Source of the DNA: a virus
DNA: 40,869 bases
Virus record (IMG/VR): IMGVR_UViG_3300045988_007604
Coordinates: 1-40,869 of that record
Reading direction: 5' to 3' (one strand)
Shown here piece by piece: positions 24,605 through 32,135 of this stretch. A program made the translations under genes and the position numbers. Positions within the stretch are counted from its first letter, which is position 1, and the number at the start of each line of letters is the position of its first letter. Under the pieces are notes generated by a model. The model had not been told where the DNA came from. It ran no database searches and was given only the letters and a program-made list of their open reading frames with translations.

Positions 24605-25048
24605 CTAGAACGGCAATTGCGCGTCGTCGTCTTCCAACTCTGCGAAGTTCGCCGCAGGGGCGGGAGCCTGATACGCCGGTGCGCTGTATCCGTTGTTAGC
24701 CCCAGAGCTGGCCTGAGCGCCGCTTTCCTTGCTGCCGCAGAAGTAGACACTGTTCACCAGAATCTCCGCCGTGCGGCGCTTCTGGCCGTTCTTGTCCGTC
24801 CAGTCCCGCAACTGCAATCTGCCGGTCGCTACGGCCATCTGGCCTTTATGGAAGTACTTCTCCACCATTTCGGCGGTGCCGCCCCATGCGACGCATTCAA
24901 TGAAGTCAACCTCCTTTTCGCCGGTCTGCTGATTCTTGAAATCCCGGTCACAGGCCAGTGTGAAGCTGGTCACAGCTTTGCCGGAGGCGGTTCTCCGCAG
25001 CTCCGGGTTGCGTACCAGCCGTCCGGCAATGGTGATGGTGTTAAGCAT
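24605..25048 (-). CDS. ssb: Single-stranded DNA-binding protein
   Basis: 147 aa. OB-fold opening MLNTITIAGRLVRNPELRRT..G.AV..F.LA, Gly/Ala/Pro-rich linker and acidic tail DDDAQLPF. Confidence 0.9.
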   Translation of the reverse strand: MLNTITIAGRLVRNPELRRTASGKAVTSFTLACDRDFKNQQTGEKEVDFIECVAWGGTAEMVEKYFHKGQMAVATGRLQLRDWTDKNGQKRRTAEILVNSVYFCGSKESGAQASSGANNGYSAPAYQAPAPAANFAELEDDDAQLPF

Positions 25049-25856
25049 TCTCTGCTACCTCCTGAGGGATGACCTCGCCAGTGGCCTGGTCAACGTCGAT
25101 GTACTCAGTCATGTCCGGGATATCTGCCATGTCGGAGGAAATCTCCGTCTTTGTGGTGCCGTCCTGAGACATACCGCGCACAAAGTCGGATTTCAGCGGG
25201 GCGTATTTCAGCACCTTTTTCAGAACGGTTTTCTTTGCCATCTCGTCAAAATTGGTCTGCCATGGGCCATTCCCGAAGCTCTTAGAGAACTTTCTCGCGT
25301 GCTCGGTAACTTCCTCGATGCTCATAACCTGAAATCCGTAGCCGCCGTCCTTCGTCTTGAACATGGCATAGTAGGCAATAGGTTTGCCCCGGTTGCTCTT
25401 GGCGGGGACATGCCGCAGCTTCGGGTCGAGGCCAAGGGCATATTCAAACTCGTCGTTTTCGTATACGGTGTGCGCTTGAATGATGGAAACCTCCCCGGAA
25501 CGGTAGGCCAAGTCGATAAGACCCTTATAGCCAAGCTGGAATTGGCACTCCATCTGGCCGTGATTGCGGAAGGGAATCAGATAAGCCTGCCCAAGAGGGG
25601 TATTGGGTTCCAAGCCAAGCTGGGCGGCGGTCATCATAGCGCCAAGGAAAGACTGAGGGGTGCATTCCTTGAGCTTCGGGTTGGCGCTAAGTGCCGACAG
25701 GGTAATGCGGCTGAACCGCTCCGGGGTCATCACGCTGGGCAGTGCCGCCTGAATGGCTGGCTTCATCACCTCGATATAGTCCTGAATGCTGCTGGGATTT
25801 TTCTTTTTCGCTACCGCCTGAGTAGAAGCGGCGGCATTCTGAATCACGTTTGCCAT
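25041..25856 (-). CDS. recT: RecT-family single-strand annealing protein
   Basis: 271 aa from ATG 25856 (MANVIQN). TPERFSRITLSALSANPKLKECTPQSFLGAMMTAAQLGLEP...GQAYLIPF is the RecT core. Adjacent to the YqaJ exonuclease. Confidence 0.85.
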   Translation of the reverse strand: MANVIQNAAASTQAVAKKKNPSSIQDYIEVMKPAIQAALPSVMTPERFSRITLSALSANPKLKECTPQSFLGAMMTAAQLGLEPNTPLGQAYLIPFRNHGQMECQFQLGYKGLIDLAYRSGEVSIIQAHTVYENDEFEYALGLDPKLRHVPAKSNRGKPIAYYAMFKTKDGGYGFQVMSIEEVTEHARKFSKSFGNGPWQTNFDEMAKKTVLKKVLKYAPLKSDFVRGMSQDGTTKTEISSDMADIPDMTEYIDVDQATGEVIPQEVAENA

Positions 25857-26794
25857 TAAATATTCTCCTTTTTGAACCGGAAAGTTCTGCTTTCCGAAGA
25901 TTTGAAATAGTTCTGCGGGATTTCTCCGTGGTCTTTCTCCCACTTCTTTCTATCGAATGTGGAGCGCTTCTGCGTCTTCCATGTGACGCTGTAGCTCCCG
26001 TATCCGCCCCGCTCCGCTGCTCCCATGACTTCCATAATACGCGCCTGAGCGGTTGCTTTCTTTTCTTCCAGCGCCTTGATCTGCTGGCTACATTCGTCCA
26101 TGATCGCCAGATCAACGGCACAGCCGGTCAAATCCATTTCGGTGTCCGGGTCGCTGGCCGGAAACTCTGCGTTCAGGGCGTCAATGGTGGAATCCATGCC
26201 GTCAATAACCGGGGGCGTTTCGCTCTGGACGTTATCCCAGAAGCTTTCCTCCGCCTCTTTCAGGGCTTCCAGCTCTGCCTCATCCCGTTCGATGACGAAC
26301 ACCTTGAAGTCGATGCCCAGAACCAGAACCGCCAGATACCAGCGGTCAAGACCTGACACAAGCAAGTAATGGCAGCACTGTGCGTAGTAAGTAGCCGGGA
26401 ACTCGCCGTTCTTGAATTTGCTCAGGTGCAGGGCATTGGTGGTCTTGATCTCTAATCCTGCCCGTTCACCGATGACCAGCCGGTCGTAGTTGGCGTGGGC
26501 GTAGGGCATATCGTCCCGGAATACGGTGTAGTTCTCCCGGCGCACCTTTTTCCCGGTAGCTTCGGCGAACCGCTTTGCTACGTATTCCTCCAAGTCCGTG
26601 CCGAGACGTACCGCCTCTTTCTGGGAAATATCCTCCGGGATGACCTTCCCGGTTTTTTCCGCCCACAGGGCATACGGTGACTTGTAGGGGTTCAGCCCAA
26701 GAATGGCGGCGGCATCCGAACCGCCAATGGTGGTAGAGCGTAGCGCTGTCCATTCCCCTTTGCTCATGGTTGCGGTTGGAATTTTCCGTATCAT
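25856..26794 (-). CDS. YqaJ-like viral recombinase exonuclease (lambda Exo-type PD-(D/E)XK)
   Basis: 312 aa. EWTALRSTTIGGSDAAAILGLNPYKSPYALW...DRLV...GLEIKT matches the YqaJ motif set. Paired with RecT. Confidence 0.85.
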   Translation of the reverse strand: MIRKIPTATMSKGEWTALRSTTIGGSDAAAILGLNPYKSPYALWAEKTGKVIPEDISQKEAVRLGTDLEEYVAKRFAEATGKKVRRENYTVFRDDMPYAHANYDRLVIGERAGLEIKTTNALHLSKFKNGEFPATYYAQCCHYLLVSGLDRWYLAVLVLGIDFKVFVIERDEAELEALKEAEESFWDNVQSETPPVIDGMDSTIDALNAEFPASDPDTEMDLTGCAVDLAIMDECSQQIKALEEKKATAQARIMEVMGAAERGGYGSYSVTWKTQKRSTFDRKKWEKDHGEIPQNYFKSSESRTFRFKKENI

Positions 26795-27168
26795 TCTTCA
26801 TCCTCCTGCAACGGCTCAAACCGTTTTATAGCGATGCCGCCCTTGTATGGATAGCATCGGAACGCCGTTTCTACCGGAACTATTCCGGTAAGGTTGGTAA
26901 CGGAAAGAGTTGCCGTATGGCTTGAGTTTTTTGAGAATGTGTTGTGCGGTTCGCGATCGGATGGCAGGAATATGATAAAACGACTGCTCATTTTAACCTG
27001 GACCCGTTCTGCATCCGCCATCATCGGCACAGCGAGTTTATTAAAATACGCTACAAGAGCGGAGGATGACCGGTAAAAGTAAACTGCCGGGAAATTAAAT
27101 CTCAGTTTTTTACCAGGAATGACTTCTTCAAACATTTCGGATTCGCCGATGAAAATATCATCCTCCAT
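26791..27168 (-). CDS. Hypothetical early protein (125 aa)
   Basis: Translationally coupled to both neighbours (overlaps at 27168 and at 26791..26794). No motif recognized. Confidence 0.55.
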   Translation of the reverse strand: MEDDIFIGESEMFEEVIPGKKLRFNFPAVYFYRSSSALVAYFNKLAVPMMADAERVQVKMSSRFIIFLPSDREPHNTFSKNSSHTATLSVTNLTGIVPVETAFRCYPYKGGIAIKRFEPLQEDEE

Positions 27169-27398
27169 CAGTCTACCTCCGCGGCTTCGTTAATTTCGGT
27201 CATTGCGCCAACACAATTCAGGCAGTAGAACTCATCATGCGCCGGGATATATACCAGTTTGCTGTCTGTGATGGGACATCCGCACCTGGCACACTTCGGG
27301 AGTGCCGCTTCCCGAAAGTCGGCATCCGCCGCCAACTGTTCAGCCTGCCGCCACGGCTCCATGCTATCAAAAACGTCCATTGACTTTCCTTTCTTCAT
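27168..27398 (-). CDS. Small zinc-ribbon protein
   Basis: 76 aa (or 70 aa from ATG 27380, which has a better RBS, AAAGGAAAG). CARCGC...CLNC pairs. Confidence 0.6.
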   Translation of the reverse strand: MKKGKSMDVFDSMEPWRQAEQLAADADFREAALPKCARCGCPITDSKLVYIPAHDEFYCLNCVGAMTEINEAAEVD

Positions 27399-27471
27399 TT
27401 GGTATACTGTAAATGGTCGAGATTTTTATATCGCTTGCCGTCCCCGGTGCTGTAACATCGGGGGCGGCTTT

Positions 27472-27705
27472 TTATCGCCCTCTGATGCACCGTCCGATAC
27501 CGGCACCCATCAGGATAGCGCATACCCACATGGCGGGAACTGCCGCCTTGTCTGCCAGCAAATCGGCCTGCTGCCACCAGAAAAGCACCAGATTCAGCCC
27601 CGCATAGGGGAGCGCACGGAAAACGCATTCCTTGATATTGAACGGCTTCCGGTTCTCCGGAACCGGCTCCCACCGGGCATCCACGGGCTTGCTTCTGCTT
27701 GCCAT
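27472..27705 (-). CDS. Small membrane protein (two predicted TM segments)
   Basis: 77 aa from ATG 27705 (RBS GGGGGTGATGAT). Hydrophobic stretches ALPYAGLNLVLFWW and VPAMWVCAILMGAGIG. Confidence 0.55.
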   Translation of the reverse strand: MASRSKPVDARWEPVPENRKPFNIKECVFRALPYAGLNLVLFWWQQADLLADKAAVPAMWVCAILMGAGIGRCIRGR

Positions 27706-27709
27706 ATCA

Positions 27710-27889
27710 TCACCCCCTGACCTGATGATTTCGGTGGACGACATCGAAAAGCTCCACATTTTCGTCGTCAAACGCCTTGCTTTCCTTCGATTCCATCAAA
27801 AGGGATTCCCGCAGCCGGTCATTTTCCCGGCGCAACCGGCGGTTCATCTCCGCCATGGTGCGAAGCTGGGCAACCTCGTTCGGCATCAT
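27710..27889 (-). CDS. Small coiled-coil protein (59 aa)
   Basis: ATG 27889, ATGA overlap with the upstream stop. Hand translation MMPNEVAQLRTMAEMNRRLRRENDRLRESLLMESKESKAFDDENVELFDVVHRNHQVRG. Just below the ORF-track cutoff. Confidence 0.5.
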   Translation of the reverse strand: MMPNEVAQLRTMAEMNRRLRRENDRLRESLLMESKESKAFDDENVELFDVVHRNHQVRG

Positions 27890-28485
27890 TTGGATTTCTC
27901 CTTGTAAGGCTTCACGTCAAAATCACAAATCCACCGCTTGCGACCATATCGATCTATGTAAAGGCTACACCCTTTGTGGAAGGCGCAGAGTGTGACACTT
28001 TTACCGATAGGAAATTCATGGCCATTGAGGTCACCTACAATCACGAACTTGTCCCCGATCTTCGGCTTGCTCTCTTTGGTCTTGTCCTCCTTGCGCTTCT
28101 TCTCAAAGAGCCGCTCAACGGCGACCCTTGCGCCCTCCGCTCTGCTGTAGGTATCCTTCGGATTGCACCTGGCTTCTGCGGTCTTCACGTCCCGCCCGCC
28201 CCGTTTCAGCGTGGCCGTGGTAATCATCCCGTCAAAGCGGAGTTCCACGGTGCAGGGTTCCCGATCAGGCTCCGCAAGACCAGCGATCATGTCTTCGTAC
28301 CAGAACCAATGCCCGGGGCAAGGAGGAACATCCTCCTCCATGTGATAGTAAACTCCTATACGGTTGATCCCGGATTCTATGATCGTCATGGTCTTTCCCA
28401 GATACTTGTCCATATTAGGGTTCCAGTTCTTCTGCGGCCTCTTGCTTACGATCCGCACCTTATCCCCAACTTTGTATTTCGCCAT
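27886..28485 (-). CDS. Hypothetical protein with repeated K.K.GDK..IV (SH3/KOW-like) motifs
   Basis: 199 aa. KYKVGDKVRIV at the N-terminus and KPKIGDKFVIV near the C-terminus. Central segment AEARCNPKDTYSRAEGARVAVERL. Confidence 0.55.
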   Translation of the reverse strand: MAKYKVGDKVRIVSKRPQKNWNPNMDKYLGKTMTIIESGINRIGVYYHMEEDVPPCPGHWFWYEDMIAGLAEPDREPCTVELRFDGMITTATLKRGGRDVKTAEARCNPKDTYSRAEGARVAVERLFEKKRKEDKTKESKPKIGDKFVIVGDLNGHEFPIGKSVTLCAFHKGCSLYIDRYGRKRWICDFDVKPYKEKSK

Positions 28486-28518
28486 AAATAAATCCTTTCA
28501 ATTTTCATAAAACGTGGA

Positions 28519-28785
28519 TTACTTTTCGCTTACGTACAAGCTGCCATCACTATTCAGCCTAGGGGTAACTCCAAGCCCGATCCCTTTTTGGTACAGCTCG
28601 CCGCTTATAACAATGTAATTAACGCCAGTTTCTTCATCCACAACGCATAGTGTCTCGTACTTTCCGTTTGAGTTCTGCGCCCAAATCTTTATCGGGTAAT
28701 TCTGTTCGGCTCTGGCCGCGGTAGTGGCGCACGCCCCAAGAATAAACCCGAAAACAAGCATCAATAGCAAAAATGCTTTGCGCAT
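28519..28785 (-). CDS. Secreted lipoprotein (88 aa)
   Basis: Signal peptide MRKAFLLLMLVFGFILGAC with lipobox L-G-A-C. RBS AAGGAGG. Confidence 0.7.
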   Translation of the reverse strand: MRKAFLLLMLVFGFILGACATTAARAEQNYPIKIWAQNSNGKYETLCVVDEETGVNYIVISGELYQKGIGLGVTPRLNSDGSLYVSEK

Positions 28786-28832
28786 TATTTAGCCCCTCCT
28801 TTCAATTTCGGCATTCTGCCGTAGATTTCAAA

Positions 28833-29123
28833 TCACTGCCATTCCCTTGCAAACGCCCGGATTTCTTTCTCCGAATACCCCAGGGTTTTCAGGATCACCG
28901 CCGGGTTTGGGTGGAGGGTGGTCACCAGCTTTCGCAGGACGCTTACCCGCATTTCGGTTTTGCCCTTCCGGTAGTTCCGAAGGGTCTGATGGTCTACCCC
29001 GGTTTTTTCTTCCAGCGCTACAGCGTTGTTGCTCTGAATCCCCGCCAGGGGACAGCAGCGGTCGATTTCCTTCCAGAAATCCTCCACTGCGTAGCGCTCG
29101 GCATACTGCCGGATTCTAGGCAT
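28833..29123 (-). CDS. HTH DNA-binding protein (early regulator)
   Basis: 96 aa. NNAVALEEKTGVDHQTLRNYRKGK is an HTH-like segment. The ATG overlaps the upstream small-ORF stop (ATGCCTAG). Confidence 0.6.
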   Translation of the reverse strand: MPRIRQYAERYAVEDFWKEIDRCCPLAGIQSNNAVALEEKTGVDHQTLRNYRKGKTEMRVSVLRKLVTTLHPNPAVILKTLGYSEKEIRAFAREWQ

Positions 29124-29268
29124 TGTCTTTCCCCTCGCTCTCTTTCTCTGCGGGCTTTACCTTGGGGGCAAGGATATTCGCCATATCCACCAGCCCCTCA
29201 ACGTAGTCCTGGCCTTTTACAACCGCGATATTCTCAAGAACGGTTACGATTTTCTCAGGCATTTTCAT
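29116..29268 (-). CDS. Small hypothetical protein (50 aa)
   Basis: ATG 29268 after AAGGAGGAA. Hand translation MKMPEKIVTVLENIAVVKGQDYVEGLVDMANILAPKVKPAEKESEGKDNA. Confidence 0.45.
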   Translation of the reverse strand: MKMPEKIVTVLENIAVVKGQDYVEGLVDMANILAPKVKPAEKESEGKDNA

Positions 29269-29501
29269 TTCCTCCTTTACTTAATTTTTCATTCAAGCTG
29301 AATGCCAGCTCCCCGATATTTTCTTCACCGTCAAGCCCCGTCGAGCAATTTCCGGGTGGTCGTGCCTTTTACATGGGGATGGATACCCAATACCCAGAGC
29401 CATAAAAGCGGGGGCGCTCATATTGTCACGGTGTTTGCCCTGCCATCATCAGCGCCGGTGGGGCAGTTCCGGTGGACGGCCTTTTCAGACCGTTTCGGCT
29501 A

Positions 29502-29530
29502 TTGATAAATGATTTTTGCCGTGCTACAAT
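29502..29530 (+). promoter_or_regulatory. Near-consensus sigma-70-type promoter (TTGATA-17-TACAAT), plus strand
   Basis: TTGATA 29502..29507, 17-nt spacer, TACAAT 29525..29530. About 22 nt upstream of the 29553 ATG, with GGTGGTGA as RBS. Confidence 0.65.
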
Positions 29531-29552
29531 CACCCAGAAGGGTGGTGATTAC

Positions 29553-29744
29553 ATGCGCAAAAAGAAAGCGGATAACGGCAAAATCAGTGTATACGATCTG
29601 TTTCAGGCTCAGCGGCGAGAAGCCCAGAAGCAAGATAGAAAAGAATACATGAAAGAAAACCGTTTTGAAATTATCCACGTTACTCTTTCAGCAGCTTCCA
29701 TTCTTATCAGTGTCGCTTCGCTGATTATTTCGCTTTCTCGATGA
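29553..29744 (+). CDS. Small basic protein with C-terminal TM helix, oriented against the lytic genes
   Basis: 63 aa: MRKKKADNGKISVYDLFQAQRREAQKQDRKEYMKENRFEIIHVTLSAASILISVASLIISLSR. Has its own promoter and RBS. Confidence 0.55.
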   Translation: MRKKKADNGKISVYDLFQAQRREAQKQDRKEYMKENRFEIIHVTLSAASILISVASLIISLSR

Positions 29745-29828
29745 TTCCGCCAATCCCCTGACGCTGTATCCCAGCGAATAGCAGGCAAGCGCGATTCCGA
29801 TTATTGAAAGAATCATGGATGCGTCCAT
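29688..29828 (-). CDS. Candidate mini-ORF (46 aa, N-terminal TM) convergently overlapping the plus-strand small gene
   Basis: ATG 29828 after GAGGG. Hand translation MDASMILSIIGIALACYSLGYSVRGLAESSRKRNNQRSDTDKNGSC. Overlaps 29553..29744 by 57 nt. Speculative. Confidence 0.3.
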   Translation of the reverse strand: MDASMILSIIGIALACYSLGYSVRGLAESSRKRNNQRSDTDKNGSC

Positions 29829-29836
29829 TTGCGCCC

Positions 29837-29962
29837 TCACCCCCTCCGTGAATGCTCGTATTTATTCTTGTGATTTCGTTTTTTCTTTTGTTTCTTTTTT
29901 CGCTTCGGCGTCTGAAACCGTTTTGTTTTCCCTGTGAAATGTGTGAAAGTGTTGGACGCCAT
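29837..29962 (-). CDS. Candidate mini-ORF (41 aa, extremely basic)
   Basis: ATG 29962 after GGAGGTGATTGCC. Hand translation MASNTFTHFTGKTKRFQTPKRKKKQKKKRNHKNKYEHSRRG. Speculative. Confidence 0.35.
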   Translation of the reverse strand: MASNTFTHFTGKTKRFQTPKRKKKQKKKRNHKNKYEHSRRG

Positions 29963-30016
29963 CGGCAATCACCTCCCGTTATCTGGTTTGCTAGGCTTGT
30001 CCCATTTTTGGGACGA

Positions 30017-30220
30017 TTAGTGTAAAAAAATAAGTGCCTTTTCTGCCGGGTCGGTGATGCCAAGCTTCTCGCATATAGCCTCTATCTCGATAGTGTTAAA
30101 CGGAATCTTCCCGTTCACCTTGGAATTCAATGTGTTTTTGGACATACCGATTTCCAGAGCCAGAGACCGCTGAGTAAATCCCGCTTCTACAATCTTCCCT
30201 TTTAACTTGTTCGTCGACAT
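30017..30220 (-). CDS. cro: Cro-like XRE-family HTH protein (first gene of the lytic-direction operon)
   Basis: 67 aa. GFTQRSLALEIGMSKNTLNSKVNGK is a classic XRE HTH. Divergent from the CI-like gene. RBS GGAAGGAGGG. Confidence 0.75.
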   Translation of the reverse strand: MSTNKLKGKIVEAGFTQRSLALEIGMSKNTLNSKVNGKIPFNTIEIEAICEKLGITDPAEKALIFLH

Positions 30221-30258
30221 GCTTTGCCCTCCTTCCGTCTCGTTTTTGGGACGCCTTT

Positions 30259-30287
30259 ATACTATCACGCTTCTCCTCATTTGTCAA
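30259..30287 (-). promoter_or_regulatory. Early lytic promoter (TTGACA-17-TAGTAT), minus strand
   Basis: The minus strand reads TTGACA (30287..30282), a 17-nt spacer, then TAGTAT (30264..30259). About 38 nt upstream of the cro-like ATG. Confidence 0.65.
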
Positions 30288-30328
30288 CCCAAAATTGGGA
30301 CAATTTTGAAAAATTTTTTGTTCCGGTA

Positions 30329-30357
30329 TTGCAATTTTGGGATAACCGTGTTATTCT
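30329..30357 (+). promoter_or_regulatory. Candidate repressor promoter (TTGCAA-17-TATTCT), plus strand
   Basis: TTGCAA 30329..30334, 17-nt spacer containing TTTTGGGAT, TATTCT 30352..30357. The RBS GGGAGGTG precedes ATG 30381. Confidence 0.5.
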
Positions 30358-30380
30358 ATACGCAGAAGGGAGGTGCCATT

Positions 30381-30728
30381 ATGAGCGATATTTCAAAGAG
30401 AATCCTAGAAACGATAACTTGCAAGGATATCTCCTATGGCGATTTATCGGATAAAACAGGTATTCCAAAGTCTGCTTTACAGCGGTATGCTACCGGGCAG
30501 ACGGAGAAGATTCCAATTGATCGGCTCGAAAAAATTGCAAGCGCAATCGGCGTAACGACATCATTCCTTATGGGTTGGGACAGCGCCGACAAAAAAGAAC
30601 AGCTCACCGTTCCCAGTGAGCTGTCTGACGTAAAAGCGCGGCTTATTCAATATGTGTATCCTTTAACAGACGAACAGGCAGCCCTTGCGCTTCGAGTTTT
30701 GAAATCAATTCTGGAAGACGCTGAATGA
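30381..30728 (+). CDS. CI-like XRE-family repressor
   Basis: 115 aa from ATG 30381. ISYGDLSDKTGIPKSALQRYATGQTEKIPIDRLEKIASAIGV is an XRE HTH. Divergent from the cro-like gene. Confidence 0.75.
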   Translation: MSDISKRILETITCKDISYGDLSDKTGIPKSALQRYATGQTEKIPIDRLEKIASAIGVTTSFLMGWDSADKKEQLTVPSELSDVKARLIQYVYPLTDEQAALALRVLKSILEDAE

Positions 30729-30792
30729 TTTTCTTCATGTCTGCTTCTGTCAAATTGGATATGTACCGGATCAGTTCTTCTCTTTCCTTCAT
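30643..30792 (-). CDS. Candidate 49-aa ORF antisense-overlapping the repressor 3' end
   Basis: ATG 30792 after GGAGGGTACAGAC: MKEREELIRYISNLTEADMKKIIQRLPELISKLEAQGLPVRLLKDTHIE. Overlaps 30381..30728 by 86 nt. It may be a shadow ORF. Confidence 0.3.
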   Translation of the reverse strand: MKEREELIRYISNLTEADMKKIIQRLPELISKLEAQGLPVRLLKDTHIE

Positions 30793-30910
30793 GTCTGTAC
30801 CCTCCATTGTGTATTTATAAACGTTTGTTTGCTTACAAGCCACATAGTACACCATGTTCTGTCCAATAAACCGGACTAATTAGAAATTTGCACAAAAATT
30901 TTTCTTTTCG

Positions 30911-30939
30911 TTGAAATTATATGTCGAACGTGGTATTAT
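30911..30939 (+). promoter_or_regulatory. Strong sigma-70-type promoter (TTGAAA-17-TATTAT) for the SAP-domain gene
   Basis: TTGAAA 30911..30916, 17-nt spacer, TATTAT 30934..30939. About 80-nt leader to GTG 31022. Confidence 0.6.
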
Positions 30940-31021
30940 TTTCCTGTGTGATTGTCCAGCGTTGGGATTATTTTGTACTCTCCGGCAACCGCCGATATAG
31001 AAATAAAGGAGAAATGCTACT

Positions 31022-32128
31022 GTGGAAAAACCTACCCGTCAAAACGAAAAGGCCATAAGTCGCGCAAACGCAAATATTTCAATATCTGTACATGAACCAA
31101 CACCAGAGGAATTAAGACAGCAACAATACGACACCGTTCGCGAAATCAAGAAATTGAGAGATGCCTCATTCCCCAGCAAAAACGGTCTCCGCCCCCATGA
31201 AATTCTCATGCTTTCCTATGCTCCAAAATTTCATGTCGGGCAAAAGAATTTCCAACAGTTTTGGTATTACAAATACGCCGTTTCTAATCCCAACGAGCTG
31301 TTGGAATCCTTGGTGTCAAAAGGGTTCATTCGGAAATGTTCTGCTGTGGAATCTCTCGGTAATTTGAAAGTCCCGGAGTTAAAAGCTATTTTATCCGAAA
31401 GTGGGTTGAAAGCGACTGGTAAGAAGCCTGATTTGATTTTGCGTATCACAAACGAGGTAGCCCCCGATGCGATTGAGCGTAATGTTAATTGTCGAAACTA
31501 TGCGCTTACTGAATTAGGCAAGACTGAATTGCAGGAAAACGAGTATGTAATATACATGCACGGATATAGATATAGCAATATTTCTGTGTGGACAATAAAC
31601 AAGGCAATGCAGGGATATCCGGCAAGACTATGGCGTGATAGAATCTGGGCTGAGCTAAACCGATTGCAGTTGGAAGCTTTCAGGGACATCGATCGCGGGA
31701 ATTATAGCCCGTATGTATCCATTCGCTACCAGCAAGCAGATTTTTTAATCGAGGAAAAGCGGTATGGTGATGCAATCACAATCATACTAGATGCACTTGA
31801 TAAATCATTGAACTACATCGCCGCAAAAAGATTTGAACTTGAGATTGAATTTCGAAAAACCGGTTTTAAGAGTGGTACGATTCCATCTTACGCAGAGCTC
31901 GTCAATGATTGCTGCGGTTTTGGTTTCCGTTTGTTGCAAAGGATATTAGATGCGTTTTCTCCTAGTAAGCCATACGATATTCTGATATCTGAAACATATG
32001 ACAGCCTTAAAATAAAAAAAGTACTCCTATCCAAAGACGAGTTTATTTCCATTCTACAATCACAGATTACCGGTGACATGAATACATTTTTGAGGGTTTG
32101 CAACAACGTGCAAAAGCGGCTTTTATAG
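31022..32128 (+). CDS. SAP-domain protein of unknown function (lysogeny-side moron; candidate defence/exclusion factor)
   Basis: 368 aa from GTG 31022 (RBS AAAGGAGAAA). SAP motif LKVPELKAILSESGLKATGKKPDLILRI, then a long helical C-terminal half. Visibly AT-rich relative to the rest of the genome. Confidence 0.7.
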   Translation: MEKPTRQNEKAISRANANISISVHEPTPEELRQQQYDTVREIKKLRDASFPSKNGLRPHEILMLSYAPKFHVGQKNFQQFWYYKYAVSNPNELLESLVSKGFIRKCSAVESLGNLKVPELKAILSESGLKATGKKPDLILRITNEVAPDAIERNVNCRNYALTELGKTELQENEYVIYMHGYRYSNISVWTINKAMQGYPARLWRDRIWAELNRLQLEAFRDIDRGNYSPYVSIRYQQADFLIEEKRYGDAITIILDALDKSLNYIAAKRFELEIEFRKTGFKSGTIPSYAELVNDCCGFGFRLLQRILDAFSPSKPYDILISETYDSLKIKKVLLSKDEFISILQSQITGDMNTFLRVCNNVQKRLL

Positions 32129-32135
32129 GTGATTT

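Noticed and set aside
24936-25859. 307-aa plus-strand ORF antisense to recT, and similar antisense ORFs elsewhere
   Set aside because: All are embedded in minus-strand genes with recognizable family motifs, lack RBS and start context, and have Arg/Leu/His-rich shadow composition. The other examples are 2409..3302, 10017..10682, 12696..13361, 14260..14970, 19142..19774, 21193..21819, 22528..23097, 28773..29405 and 33189..33968.
29725-30063. 112-aa minus-strand ORF from the track overlapping the cro-like gene end
   Set aside because: Its start lies inside the cro-like coding region in another frame, with no RBS. The same interval is better explained by two short RBS-preceded ORFs, which are themselves only low-confidence calls.
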